In this document: piece by piece, positions 1-13,219 of the stretch | Layout of the letters: each line of letters begins with the position of its first letter | Numbering within the stretch: position 1 is the stretch's first letter | Assembly: GCF_035594765.1 (NCBI RefSeq) | Contig: NC_085845.1 | Coordinates: 188,744,897-188,808,896, forward strand | From: Anolis carolinensis | Taxonomy: Eukaryota | Reading direction: 5' to 3' | DNA: 64,000 nt | Position numbers and translations under genes: made by a program | Notes under the pieces: model-generated | What the model saw: only the letters and a program-made list of their open reading frames with translations | Told to the model about the DNA's origin: nothing | The model's database searches: none

Positions 1-504
1 AGTTGTCATCCAACTCTGGTTTCACTGACACTTGGAAGGTAAGGCAAAGAAGGTCAGGGTCAGATTTCTTCTCACTGGCCTCCTCTCCCCTGTGGCTGAG
101 AAGTAAACAACTGTGTGCCCAGAGACAGTTAATGAATTAGAAATGTAATCCCGGGTTTCATCTGTATCCAATTTTGCCCTGGTGTTTCTTGTGGCGGAAG
201 ACTTAAGCACTGAGGATAAAGAATGCATCAGTTTATGTCTTATAATGCAGCACATGTATCTCAAACAGTAAGTATTAGTTTAATGTGTGTGCGTTTTTCC
301 AGATAGTGCAGCCAAAAAATGAAAAGAGACTGAGTACAATGTGTTGCTTCCAAATATTATAGATTTAGTCAGTGTGTGATAGCGTTTTAAGCATTGGTCT
401 ACTGCTCTAGAGACCGGGATTCAAATCCGCACCAGGCCCTGAAACCTTTTGGTGACCCTGTTCAAATCTCACTCTCTCAGCCTCAGAAGAAAGCAAGGCC
501 AAAC

Positions 505-1137
505 TGTCATGGCTTGCAAAGATACTATATGTGTGTTAACTGGAAAATTAAACGCATGAAGCCAATTGGCTGAGTTTGCAAGGACCTGGGAATCGGTTTG
601 CTACTGTTGCTGTCCTGCTGCTGGAGAACCGGTTTGAACAGATTTCTCTCTGTGTGTGAGTGAGACTACAGAGTACTGGCTGGAAAGAAGATGGCTCTGT
701 ACTCAGAGAGGTCTGACTATTTCTGAGGCCTTGTTCTCTGCTGGTCTTCACTGAAGCAGATTTATGGACTAAGAAAGGACTGCTTATGACTGCTGATTTC
801 TGTAAGCAATCAGAGGGACTATTGTAAATACCATTATTCTTTTGATCTCTTGGATTTAGTAAAAGTCTCTATGTTATTTGTTCTTCATGGCTCTGTAATC
901 AGAGAGGCCTGACTATTTCTGAGGCCTTGTTCACTGCTGGTCTTCACTGAAGCAGATTTATGGACTAAGAAAGGACTGCTTATGGCTGCTGATTTCTGTA
1001 AGCAATCAGAGGGACTATTATAAATACCATTGTTCTGTTGATCTCTTGGATTTAGTAAAAGTCTCTATGTTATTTGTTCTTCAAAACTGAGTGGTGCACA
1101 CGTAAGAGCTTCTTCCTATCATCCACAGTCCCCAACA
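505..1137. mobile_element. Solo LTR with internal 196-bp tandem duplication, inserted in a tRNA-derived SINE
   Basis: TGT...ACA termini, 5-bp target-site duplication CAAAC (500-504, 1138-1142); SINE sequence resumes on both sides. Confidence 0.75.
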
Positions 1138-3085
1138 CAAACTCTCTCTGAACAAATCTTGCCATGAAACCCCTAGTCACCTGCTATAAGTAGACACATC
1201 TTAATAATTCAATTACTTAATGAAATACCCTCTTTCTTTTAGGTGGAAATATACATCATGATCCACTCAACAATAACAACCACAAAAAAAGGGCTGGAAA
1301 CTTGTACGGACTTTTTTCAGAATTAAGACAGATCCACAGAGTGCACTAAGTGACTACTTATGTGCTTACGACAACCTTTAAACAAGTATGTGAAATGCAA
1401 GAGCTGACTTTTCAATACGGAGAGAATATAATACCCTTTTACTGGTGGAAATCAGTGCACAAGATTTTAAAATGCAATTATTCCAATCCTGGCTAAAATT
1501 CTAACCTATTTCTCCTTTAAACTGGCAGGACTTTGTTTCTGGATCCAGACAGTCACGTATAAGAGAGGAGAAAATAGAAAAAAAAATCCATGCAAGCAAA
1601 AGCAGAATAAAAGCAAACATCCAGTTAATTTCAGAATTGCTCCCAGCTATTCCCAAACCGGACCCTGGAGTGACAGAAGCACCAGCCAATGGAGCACCAA
1701 GATAGAGACATTTCATCATCGGGGCTCTCTTTAATTAGTTGATCCTTCCTTGAGAGCAGGGCCAATGCCTCCTAGCAACGCCAGAGCACAGCAGCCTTTT
1801 GCGAAACAGCCTTCCCTTAACCCTGTCATGGGTGGCAGAAGCAAACCAGCAAACAAAGGCTGGAAAAAAAGTGAGACGCCTGGATCTTTCAGGCTGCTTT
1901 ACTTAAGCGCATCCTCTGAACTGTTCTATCCTTTCTGCTTTTATATTGCAATAAAATTGCAGTGCTAATTTTAAAGAGGAATGAGAAAAGACGTGAAAGA
2001 CTAAAAATATAGAAATTAATTTTGAAACTGGTGATGGCTCAGTGGGATTGGAAAAACACCTTTCTCCAAAATAATAATAGGAAGTGTCACAACTAGGCAC
2101 TAGAAGTGGAGGATTGTACAATTTTCCCCATGAAATGACTCCCCCGCAAACACACTTTAGGATAATTTTCAAACACATCAAAAGTATTGAGAAACCCGGG
2201 GAGATTTCTTTTTATTTGCCTTGCTATTCCAGCATGGAAATTGCTCAGTTCCTCAGAGGTACATTGTGGAATTAACACAGTTTAATGCTACTTGGAACTG
2301 CCATAGTTGAATGTAATGGAATCATGGGAATGTAGTTTTACAAAGTCTTGAGCCTTCTCTGTCTAAGAGTGCCAGTGCCTCATGAAACTACAGCTCCCAT
2401 GATTCCACTGCATTGAGCAGTTAAATTGCTGTCAAATTTAATCGATTCTACAATGTTGATGCAGTCCAAAATTTGGTTGTTCGATGACACCTGCTTGTGA
2501 TGGCATTCTGGACCACGTAGAGTGGGATGGACTAAAAAGAGTTTAAGATATCTCTGGAAGATCTTAATCTCTGTGGCGGTTCATACCTGTCCAATGATTT
2601 TCCTGTGTGGCTGTGCAATCACAGAACAAAAATATGTGAATCTGCTAAATATCAAACTGGCCCACAGCCCTTTAAACACAGCAGTGTTCAAAGGAATCTG
2701 TGTGTGCATTCAGCTGTGAGTTATCAGATGTTCAGTCCTCAGGTGATGAAAGATTGAATACCTAGTTACACAGGTAAACCAGCCCTCTGACTCCAGTGTT
2801 AAAAGAGATACTGACATAGGCTCCTTTTGCAAACCCATTTTTTTTAGAACTAGGAAGTAAACAATAGTCTGCTCTTTAGAAAGTATATAATGTTTTCTAA
2901 GGTATTTTTTGTGGTGTAAGATCTTGGGAGTTCCATCTAAAATGTACCCTATAGAGCAGAGGACGAAAGAGAAGTGGAAATACAATTAAAGTTATTATTT
3001 CCTTAATACATTTTTATTATGGTAATGGTAAATCCTTAATGTGGTTTGCAGTATTGCAGTAGGCCCTCCCAATCTCTGAGCTCTA

Positions 3086-3392
3086 CAGTAGAGTCTTGCT
3101 TATCCAACCTCCGCTTATCCAACGTTCTGTATTATCTAACGAGTCTGCCTTTTAGTAGTCAATGTTTTTGTAATCAATGTTTTCAATACATTGTGATATT
3201 TTGGTGCTAAATTTGTAAATACAGTAATTACTACATAACGTTACTGTGTATTGCTTTTTCTGTCGGTTTGTTATAAAACATGATGCTTTGGTGTTTAATT
3301 TATAAAACCATAACGTAATTTGAGGTTTAATAGGCTTTTCCTTAATGCCTCCTTATTATCCAACATTCTGTTGGATAAGCAAGAGACTACTG
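3086..3392. mobile_element. Tc1/mariner-pogo-type MITE (CAGTAGAGTC terminal repeats, family A)
   Basis: Terminal inverted repeats, TA duplication, 9 copies in the window. Confidence 0.85.
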
Positions 3393-5744
3393 TACTTTCT
3401 TTCCCTTGAGCTAACTTTCAGGTGCCCAGTTCTTGACAACTTACAACAAAAATGTAATTGTATGAAAGATCGGTACCCTAACTCCTCCTGGGGTCTGACT
3501 AATAAACAAATACTTTGAAGGAATAGATGGGAGCTCAGAACTTAATATTCTCTTGATTACTTTCAAAGAGATTTTCATTTCCTGTGTCTTTTATTTGGCT
3601 TTGTCTTCTTAAACTTCAACTGCACCTCCCAAACTACAGATTGGAGTCTCCCAAACCTTTGACTGGGGTTTCCTAAACTTTAAACTGAGTTTCTTTGTTA
3701 ACATTTGACTGGAGTTTCCTCAGCCTTAAATTTAGAAGATGTTGCAGCCTCTAGACTCCTGGGACCGTTTGACTAATTTAAATGGCTGCAATGGAGCTTC
3801 TGAGGAAGACTGCAATCTCTGCCTCTGGGAGGTTTCTTAAAGAGACAGGGTCTAATTAAGGTTACCTCCCACAGAAAACTATACAAAAATAACTGAACCC
3901 ATTCTAACTATGTGGACAACTGAGGTTTGACAAAGAAAACAGCAAAAGCCCCTGTGGGGGGCATGACACTCTGGATGTGCAATTTCTAGTGGCTGGATTG
4001 TCAAAGTCCAAGATACTAAAAGTTGGCGATGTGGACATGGACATGCTGAAGCACACATGTTCACATCTCTGGCATTTAATAATATTGGAGACTTCATATC
4101 TGCACAGGGTCCCTTTCAGATTTGGCAGGCACTGGAGATTATAATACACCTTTTTCTAATACTCTTATGGGAAGATTTCTGTCTCCTATAGTTAGTTCAC
4201 CCACATTCCCAAATCCTGTTGTCCATGAATATGTCTGAGAAGTACAAAGCATGAGTGTTTTCATATTAATTATCTCTTAATAGTAATGTCACATCTATCC
4301 GTGTTATTGCTAATCAAATTTTTTTAAATAACTAGATTGCGTGGTGCAGCATCAGTTGGCTTACTCAAACCTGCACAGTCATCCAGCACCACAAACTGTC
4401 TTTCCTCAACACCATACAAAGAATTTGTTCTCATGCAGTGACTTTTCCTCATTTTGCTTCCCATATGTAGAAACAAGCAGAAGCCAAGGCTGTCTGGTTT
4501 TTTTAAAATCCCAGTTCTTACTACTATATTGACTACAGAAATTGTTAAACTTACTTCCTGAGCACAGGGGAAAATGGGGAGTTGTTTGTTGTGTACTTTC
4601 AAGTTGTTTTGGACTTTTGGCAGCCTGAAGGTGAAACAAGCATGGGACTTTTGGGCAGTATTTGTTCCGAGGGGATTTGTCATTGTCTTCTGTGGCTGAG
4701 AAAATGTGACATCCCCAGGAACACCCAGTAAGTCTCTGAGCAGGTCATCTGAGTTTCTAAGCACAGATTTGAATTCTGATGTCCCAGGAAATCAAGTCCA
4801 ATACTCAAACTGCTATACCACACTGTCTTTCATTTCTTCATATACCAATTTTATCTAAATACACCATTTTGCTAATCAGTACATGCCTTCCAAGTCAAAA
4901 CTAGCCTTTTGCTACAAAACACATTCAGCTCTTTTAAGTAATTCATGCTGTGACTACATGGAGACCCAGGTCCCTTTTGTTTTGGCTACTCTGCACAGAA
5001 AACCAATGTACAGAGAGAGATAAGCAAAGCGACAAAATACAGTTCGAGAGTTGGCACTTCATTATTGATAACAGGAGGCCACTGAATAAAACCTTGTAAA
5101 AACAAAATTCACTAAAACATTGTACAGCATATGCCACAGATACTCACATCATGCTTAGTTTAATCCCTAACAAAAAGGGTCTTCAATCTGCAACCTTCAA
5201 TGTCAGATTTAACAACAAGAGCATTCCAAAATCAGCCACAAAGGGAACATTGCATTCCAAGACATTTATGTAGGATAGGATGGCTACAAATGACATAGTA
5301 TATAGATTCTTGATCCATACCTGCCCTGTACGATGCTCTCGCTCTCGTGTGCTCTTCCCCCATTTGACGTTGCTAACTTTGATACTTTTCCTTTCCGACA
5401 TGAGAAGCCATGGCTATTTTTTTCGCTGTGACCGTAGCTAGATGGCCTTGCTTCTTCCAGCTCAAGAGTCTTATACTGCTAATCTCCAATTAACAGCCCA
5501 CTAACACACAAGAGGCCAGGAGATAGAGAGGGAAATTGCCCGCCCCCAGCTCTGTGTCCCTGTGACCAGGTACGGTTCCGATCTGGATTAAACTTTTGAG
5601 GCGATTTGCACTGGAGGTCTTGTTTCAGTGCATGTGTGTCTCTTCCTGATCTGCACTGACTAACTGAAAGGTTGATTTTAAAAATCATTTTCTGGTGCTG
5701 TGCGCAGAGAACACAGACCGGATTCCTGCAGTTCCTATTTCACC

Positions 5745-5958
5745 TATAGTCCAGATTCCATCTGATCTTAGAAGATAAACAAAATCAGTACTACTATTAT
5801 TTGTATGGGAGATCACCAATGAATATCAAGTGTTGAGGGCTATATTTCAGAGGAAGGGACAGGTAAAATTACCTCTGAGTGTTTCTTGCCTAAGAAAACC
5901 CTATGAAATTCACAGGTCACCATAAATTGACAGGTGATTTGAAACCACATAGATACAT
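5745..5958 (+). mobile_element. 5S rRNA-derived SINE
   Basis: Head resembles 5S (ATCTGATCT..GAAG.TAA.CA..TGGGAGA); minus-strand copy near 17930-18155. Confidence 0.6.
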
Positions 5959-5959
5959 A

Positions 5960-6198
5960 CTTTGTTATTGTGGGCCCATCAAGTTGTTCCCAACCTATGG
6001 CAACCCAAAGGTGAACCTATTGCAGGGTTTTATTAGCATGCTTTGTTCAGAAAGATTTGCTTTTGCTTTCCTCTGAGGGCAAGAGAATGTGACTTGCCCA
6101 AGATCACTCAATGGGTTTCTATGTCTGAGCGGGGAATCGAACCCTGGTTTCCAGAGTCATAATCCAAATCTCAAAACATTACACCACATTGACTCTCA
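5960..6198 (-). mobile_element. Older tRNA-derived SINE family
   Basis: B box GGGTTCGATTCCC on the minus strand; degenerate copies near 370, 11365, 17000, 38295, 44200, 53310 and 57890. Confidence 0.7.
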
Positions 6199-6966
6199 CG
6201 CAAAATGGATCAAGCAGTAATTCTGCATAAAACATAGGGACCCAAAACAGGTTGAAAGTGAAGTAGGACTTTCACTCTGTACATGGTAAGATTAACCAGT
6301 CTTTTTCTGTTTTTTTAAAAAGGAGTATCTGTGGAGAAAGATGACAAGGGAAGGTAACAAATAACTGGAACATAAAACAAATAGCTTGGAAATATCAAAG
6401 AGAGACATAATTGCTTTTTGAGGACAAACTGTGAAGGTAAAGTAAAATAAACTTGTTTAAAAACAAGTAGCAATGAACAATTCCAAGTGTGGTCAAAATG
6501 TTAAAAATTATTAGCAAAGAAGAAGCCACAAGCAAAATGAAACTGCAGTGGTTTGTTTTTGCCTGAGTCTTCAGGGAAGGGCAGGATTTTGCTCATTCCT
6601 TTCCTCCGCATCCTCTTTTCATAAATTTCATGGGATTGTTCCAGTCAATAATTAGAAAACATATCATGTGCATATCTTGAGTATTTAAATGTTTAATCTG
6701 TGTGCCCAAAGAAAGTATATTATGTCTTCAGTTTCAGAGCTGTGAAGGCAGAGAGCGAATTGGAGGGAAGGGTGGGCTGGACAGCGGGAAGCAATTGCAA
6801 ATAAATCTTTAAAACCTAATAAGGACTTGATTTTTTAAAATTAGAAATATTATGCATACCATTATTTTGTTGATCATTTCAGTTTCAAAAAAATAGAATG
6901 ACAGTACAGGTATATTTGCAGGGATGTCACATTGTGGGGTGGGCAGGCTTGTTTTAGAGACTAGGA

Positions 6967-7093
6967 CAGGCCTGGGCAAACTTCAGACCTCCAGGTGTTT
7001 TGGACTTCAACTCCCACAATTCCTAACAGCCTGTTAGGAATTGTGGGAGTTGAAGTCCAAAACACCTGGAGGTCTGAAGTTTGCCCATGCCTG
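6967..7093. mobile_element. Palindromic hAT-type MITE (CAGGC..GGGCAAACTT)
   Basis: Fully self-complementary, about 8-bp duplication (G/A)ACTAGGA; copies near 17237-17369, 48110-48231, 48823-48946 and a half copy near 12360-12428. Confidence 0.8.
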
Positions 7094-7507
7094 AACTAGG
7101 ACATGGAGCATTAGCCACCATGGGGCTGATTCAAATCTACACTGACTTACATGGTCAGCATAGAAGGGCCCAAAGTAAGGGAGAAAGTGGGAGGGGAGAA
7201 AAAAAAACTGGGACATTTTAAAAGCACCCGAAAAAGTGGGATGGGAGAGGATCACTGTTTATAAATCGGGACAATTGAATGAGATGAAATCAGAAAAATA
7301 CAAAAGTGCCACAATTGTTTATATGGCTGAATTTCCAGTCTTTGAGTATTTGGCAGAACCTTTTTTTCTGATGGTTCCTGATAACCGAATGCATTCTTGC
7401 CAGGTTTGTGATCGATTCCCCTCTCCTTAGGTTTGGGAAAGGTGTGAAAGCATACCTTTTCAAACTGTTTTGATGTACTATTGACTATTACGTCAATTGT
7501 TATGGTA

Positions 7508-7877
7508 CCGTGTTTTCCCGAAAATAAGACAGTGTCTTATATTAATTTTTGCTCCCAAAGATGCTCTAGGTCTTATTTTCAGGGGATGTCTTATTTTTCC
7601 ATGAAAAAGAATTCACATTTATTGTTGAACAAAAAAAAATCATTTATTATATATTGTACAGTAGTTGTCATCATAAACCAACATAACCAGACAAACTGTG
7701 AATCCTATCAATAATTTCTTGTTACTACCAATATTTCCATGTTCTGTTCGGCGGACATGCTTCCAAACAAAAACTTTGCTAGGTCTTACTTTCGGGGGAG
7801 GCCTTATATTTAGCATTTCAGCAAAACCTCTACTAGGTCTTATTTTCTGGGGATGTCTTATTTTAGGGGAAACAGGG
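7508..7877. mobile_element. Tc1/mariner-type MITE family B (CCGTGTTTCCCC..AAAATAAGAC terminal repeats)
   Basis: Terminal repeats, TA duplication; further copies at 19667-20083 and 56634-57594. Confidence 0.82.
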
Positions 7878-10800
7878 TATTATTCATTAATTGTTTTTAG
7901 CTAGGTTTGTTAACTTAAGCACTACTTCTTTGTGGGAAGGGGTGTATTAAATAATGCTGCCCTGAGTTGGGCAACAAAAACTGTTTTCCACTTAATGTCG
8001 AAACTGTATTATGCAAACATCCATATTTTCATCTAGGGCTGTAACAGAAATTATTTGTCTCAGTAGAAAATGTTACTGCTACATGAAAAATGGCTGCCTT
8101 ATAAGGATTTTTACTAGCATATGTACTACCGTATTTCTGCTCATTGTGTGAAAATAAAACGTAAGCTTGATCCAGCTAACAGCAACCATTTAAAAAGGCC
8201 TCTGTTTTCACTAAAGATTACTGATAGGATGCATGATAGAGACATCTCTCCCTAAATTCAGTGGGATATATTTTGCTATCTCGTGCATGTTTCCTTGGAA
8301 GTAAAACTATGTTGAATTGCATACTAACTGGACATCCTTAAATGCTGTTCCTGGTCTCTCTTTGAAATCTATGAGCAAGGATTTTTCTGTTTAGCAACAG
8401 CTGAAATATTCTCTTGTTCCTTATTAGAAACCAGGAAGCAATTGATTTGATGGGCTTTTCTATTTCCTGTAGTTGTATTTCTGCCTCCTAAAGCAATTTT
8501 TTTCAAAATAATCAGACCAATTTCCAGAGTAACCAATTCTCATTGCCAACATGCTTTCAGTCCTCCCTGTAAACAATTAGATTTGGTTGTCTTTCAGGCA
8601 GAAAGTTTGCAGATTGCAAGCTTACCTTGTCTTTCCTTCTTCTCTTCTTCATTCTCAACAGGGGAAGATTGTCTCAACTGTTAGCAACTGTCAGAATTGA
8701 CTCCATCTCCATATTTGGGAATTTATGTTGGGCACAGGCTGGTATAACTCAAGCTCCTTTCCTAAGGCATACTGGGAATTGTAGTTTCCGTGGGAGAACA
8801 TTTATTACAATGTGGACAACTTAATTTGAAGGGGCTTTCCTTTAGTATTGATTTAACCTCATTTTCCTCTCTATTTCAACTAACTTTGATGTATATTAAA
8901 TCATGTAAACAGTGCAAAACAGTTTTAAAACCCTTAGCTATTTAATATGTCTGTGTTTACAGACATATTCATTCAATGTGATCTCCTAGGCTTCCTTCAT
9001 CCTCAGTAGCAGAGCTCAAAAAGTTACTTTTAAATCTATGCTCAGTGTGAGGTGGAAACTCAGATGCCAGTGGAAGTGTATGTGAATGTATGTATTCAGG
9101 TTTTACTCAGAATGTTGAAGGAATGACTCCAGTGCTAAACCTCATGCCTTCTATTATTTCAGCACCATGGATAGCTCATCCAGAGTTCAGACTAAAATCT
9201 GGAGTGACTCTTTATCCTTTTGTCATTGAAGCCACCAGTCTCCCAGTAATCATGTGAATTATCAGAAAGGACCTTTTCCAAACCCCAAGTCATGTTGGCT
9301 AATGGATTTGGGGAGTTGCAGTCTTGCATTCTGTGATCCTGGATTATTAATTCTCCTTGGAAAACTTGGTGGATTCATTTCAGTGGATTGCAAGGCTTAG
9401 CACTTAACAAAGCTCCAAGGCAGGTGGATGGTTCATAATCTTAACTCAATCTCTGCTTTGCACAGAATATCTAAGAAGATTGCATATGTCAGCCTATAAA
9501 AAGTATTACATGTATATTCTGTTTTCTTTTAGGCTGCTTCTCCCATTCTCTTTCACGTCCGTTGTGGATTTCATGCCTGAAAGCCTGCAAGTCACCACAG
9601 CTTTGTTTTATTCATACTAAGCATATAATGTGTTTCATATTTAGAGTCATAGAGAGCATTTCTCCACACCCACAGGGACAACTCAGTACATTTTGCTGCC
9701 TGAAGGGAAGGCCATTTCAATGCTGAGTTTACCCCATGTTTCATATATGAAAGCTAGCTTGAGTGGTTATTAAATTGTACATCAACACATGTAATGGGAC
9801 TGTGTTCCTTAATGTGCCTGAACACAGCTTGATGGCTCAAGGGAGCAAAGGATTGATAGCTGTCTTACACACAATTGGGTTTTGTAACACCATAATGTTG
9901 CTTGACCCTTAAGCTTTAGCATTGGCCACGTGAAGCAAAAGCCTTGCCCCACATAATTGTGCTCCATGCCTTGCCACACAAGACAAATGTTTAGTCACCA
10001 GGTAGCAAATATTGTCCTTTGCACCTGTTTCTATATATATATATATTCATTCAAATCAGTTTTGGGGAGAAAGCATGGTACACCATTTAAAGCATAAATA
10101 CCTGCACATTATATTAGACTTGCTTCCTTAATTACTGTGGAAATACCTTGTTTAGACTTCTGAACCCCATACTGTGCCTGCTCTCTATCTCTGACAATGT
10201 GATCTGGAGCAGCAGGTGGATCTGCCAAGAACTGCTGATTAAATGAAAAAATGATAATTTATGTTGCGTCTCCAGGCAAAGAGGGACTGATAGAGCAGGC
10301 TGTTGGCCATGGAATGCAGTATTGCCATTTTCCTCAGCTGCTTTCAAATTAACCTCCATAACAGATACTAACTACCTGTTTCTACAGGAACATCTCCACT
10401 ATGGAATTAATGTAGTTTGACAACACTAACTGTCACGTTTCAATGTTGTTATTAGTTTGGCAAGGCACCAAAGCAGAACCTTTGGCAGAGAAGTCTAAAA
10501 AACTCAGAAAACCCAAGTTCTCGTGATTCCACAGCAGGGCAGTTAAAATGGTTTCAAACTTCATTAATTCTTCAGTGTAGGTACACCTTACAACAGCTGC
10601 CATGAATTTCAACCCTAGAAGATCCATATTGTCACTTAGTTCAGCATCCTAAAAAATGAGTGGTATGCTAAAAGAAGAGCAGGAGATTTAAGCAAGCATT
10701 AATTCATGATTTCATCTTAATGGAATGGAAGTCAGTGTCACTATTCCATTTAAGGTGGGTGAACCGTACTCTAGACAGAGCTGTCCTCATTTGTCCTCTC

Positions 10801-12782
10801 TTGTACCATTTCTCTTTGCCCTGACCCAGAGTTTTGCAATGTTGCTTTTAAAAACAATTGTGGCTCCAATCCTCCTCCAATGTCTCATAGGGTGTGTGGG
10901 GAAAAGCTCACATTTGCCAAATATAGGTCTGGTATAACGTCTATGTAATTTAGTCACCGAAAACTAAAGTCCTGGATCTTTGCTTTTAAAGACTAGAACT
11001 CAATATACTTTTGAGACACTTTAAAGAACCTCATATGACAAAAGTTTGATTTCTTCTTATCTTCCTGTGTTCTTCAACCTCCTATGTCCACTTATTTTGG
11101 GATCCAGGCCAAGGCATTTTCTGTTGTGGGGTTCCTGTCACCCTAAAGCTGTTATGTTAATGCCCAAAATAATGCATGATGCAAATATTAGCTTATTTCC
11201 CAAACCTTAAAAAAAACTGATTGGCACCAGTGAGTATTATCAGTGCCCTTAATATATTTTATGATATGCTAATTTCTTATATTATTTTGAAACATAACCA
11301 AACCTGGTTATATATGTGTGTATGTGCGTTGGGGGAGTTGCCATTATCAACAAAGCAAGTGTGTGCACTGGTTTGTGCATTGGACTATGATGATCCTGGA
11401 AGACCAGAGTTCAAATCCCTGTTTTGTTATGAAAACCATTATACGTTTCAGAGGAAAGCAATGGCAAGCCCCATCTGAATAAATCTTGCCAAGAAAACCA
11501 TGTGAGAGTGTAATTTAGGAAGCTAGAAGTGACTTGAAGCCACTTGAAGCTGATGTACAACAAAGCTATCAATAATGAAAAAAAATAATTTTTTAGAAAA
11601 AGAAGTGGTTCTGCAAATATGCATTGCTTGAGTGACACCTTGTGACCAGATAGAGGAAATGTGCCTTTTACTCCTGCTGACGAATGTGATTATTTCAGTT
11701 GTGTTTTTGGCATGGCTTACAGGTGTAGCTGCAGGTGGACAAAATCATTTGACTAAGCCACGGAGTGTTACCACTTGCTGTTTTGCCTCAGACAACAAAA
11801 TTAATTGGATGGAAATGGAAGGAGGAAGGGGGAAAAGAAATGTAGCAATGTTAATTTCAGTACCACCAACAGAAAGAAAAGCTTTATTTACATATCTAAA
11901 TAACAACAACAACAACAACAACTTTATTTTTGTACCCCAGGGACTTGGGGCGGCTAACATGGGGCCAAGTCCAAATTTCCACATCAAACAAGACAAAATA
12001 CAATTCAGAGTAAAAACAAACACCATTGAAATTTAACACATTTTTTTTAAAAAGTGCCTGTGATTCCAAAATGTGCCCCATTTTAAAAGAAATTTATATG
12101 GGGGAAAAAGACCTTATGGGCCATCTAGTCCAACCCCCTGCCAAGAAGCAAGAAATCGCATTCAAAGCACCCCCCCCCCCCCCGACAGGTGGCCATCCAG
12201 CCTCTGCTTAAAAGCCTCCAAAGGAGCCTCCACCACATTCTGTGGCAGAGAGTTCCATTGCTGAACAGCTCTCACAGTGAGGAAGTTCTTCCAAATGTTC
12301 AGGTGAAATCAGCTTTCCTGTAATCTAAAGCCATTGTTTTGCGTCCTAGTCTCTGTGTTCTACCAGCTGTTAGGAATTGTGGGAGTTGAAGTCCAAAACA
12401 CCTGGAGGGCCAAAGTTTGACCAGGCCTGTTATACATATAGCCTGAAGGTAATTTTAGACACAATATTTTAAAGAATTTTGTGCATAACACGAAGAGTGC
12501 ATCTACATTGTAGAATTGATGCGGTTTGACACCACTTTAACTACAATGGCTCTATTTATTATTTATTTATTTACAGCATTTATATTCCGCCCTTCTCACC
12601 CCGAAGGGACTCAGGGCGGATCACATTGCACACATAAAGGCAAACATTCAATGCCATGACACAGAACAGAGACAGAGACAAGACGCAGGCACCAGGCTGG
12701 CCTCAAACTCATGACCTCTTGGTCAGAGTGATTTGTTGCAGCTGGCTTGCTTTCCAGCCTGCGCCACAGCCCGGTCCTATTC

Positions 12783-12917
12783 CAGTGGTTCTCAACCTGG
12801 GGTCCCCAGATGTTTTTGGCCTTCAACTCCCAGAAATCCTAACAGCTGGTAAACTGGCTGGGATTTCTGGGTGTTGTAAGTCAAAAACATCTGGGGACCC
12901 CAGGTTGAGTACCACCG
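12783..12917. mobile_element. Palindromic hAT-type MITE (CAGTGGTTCTCAACC)
   Basis: Self-complementary; related copy near 36564-36698. Confidence 0.75.
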
Positions 12918-13219
12918 CTCTATGTTATGGAATCATGGGAGTTCTGCAGGGTCTTTCGCCTTCTCTGCCAAAAAGTGCTGGTGCCTCCCCAAACTACAAA
13001 TCCCGAAATTCCATGGCATTAAGCCATGGCAGTCAAAGTGGTGTTAAAGTGCATTCTTTTTACAATGTAGATGTATTCTTATTTAGCACTGTAGCATCTC
13101 AACCTGTACCATTGAATCAAATGCAAAACATTCTAGAAATCGCCTCCAGCATGCAAAATGCAAAGAAAATTCCTCCTTTCCCCCCTCTTTTGGAAGCTAA
13201 TTCTTGCAACAAGACTGCA

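Noticed and set aside
1230-1720. Possible decayed transposase or LINE coding remnant (..YWWK..PILAK..)
   Set aside because: Needs frameshifts and is too short to assign without a search
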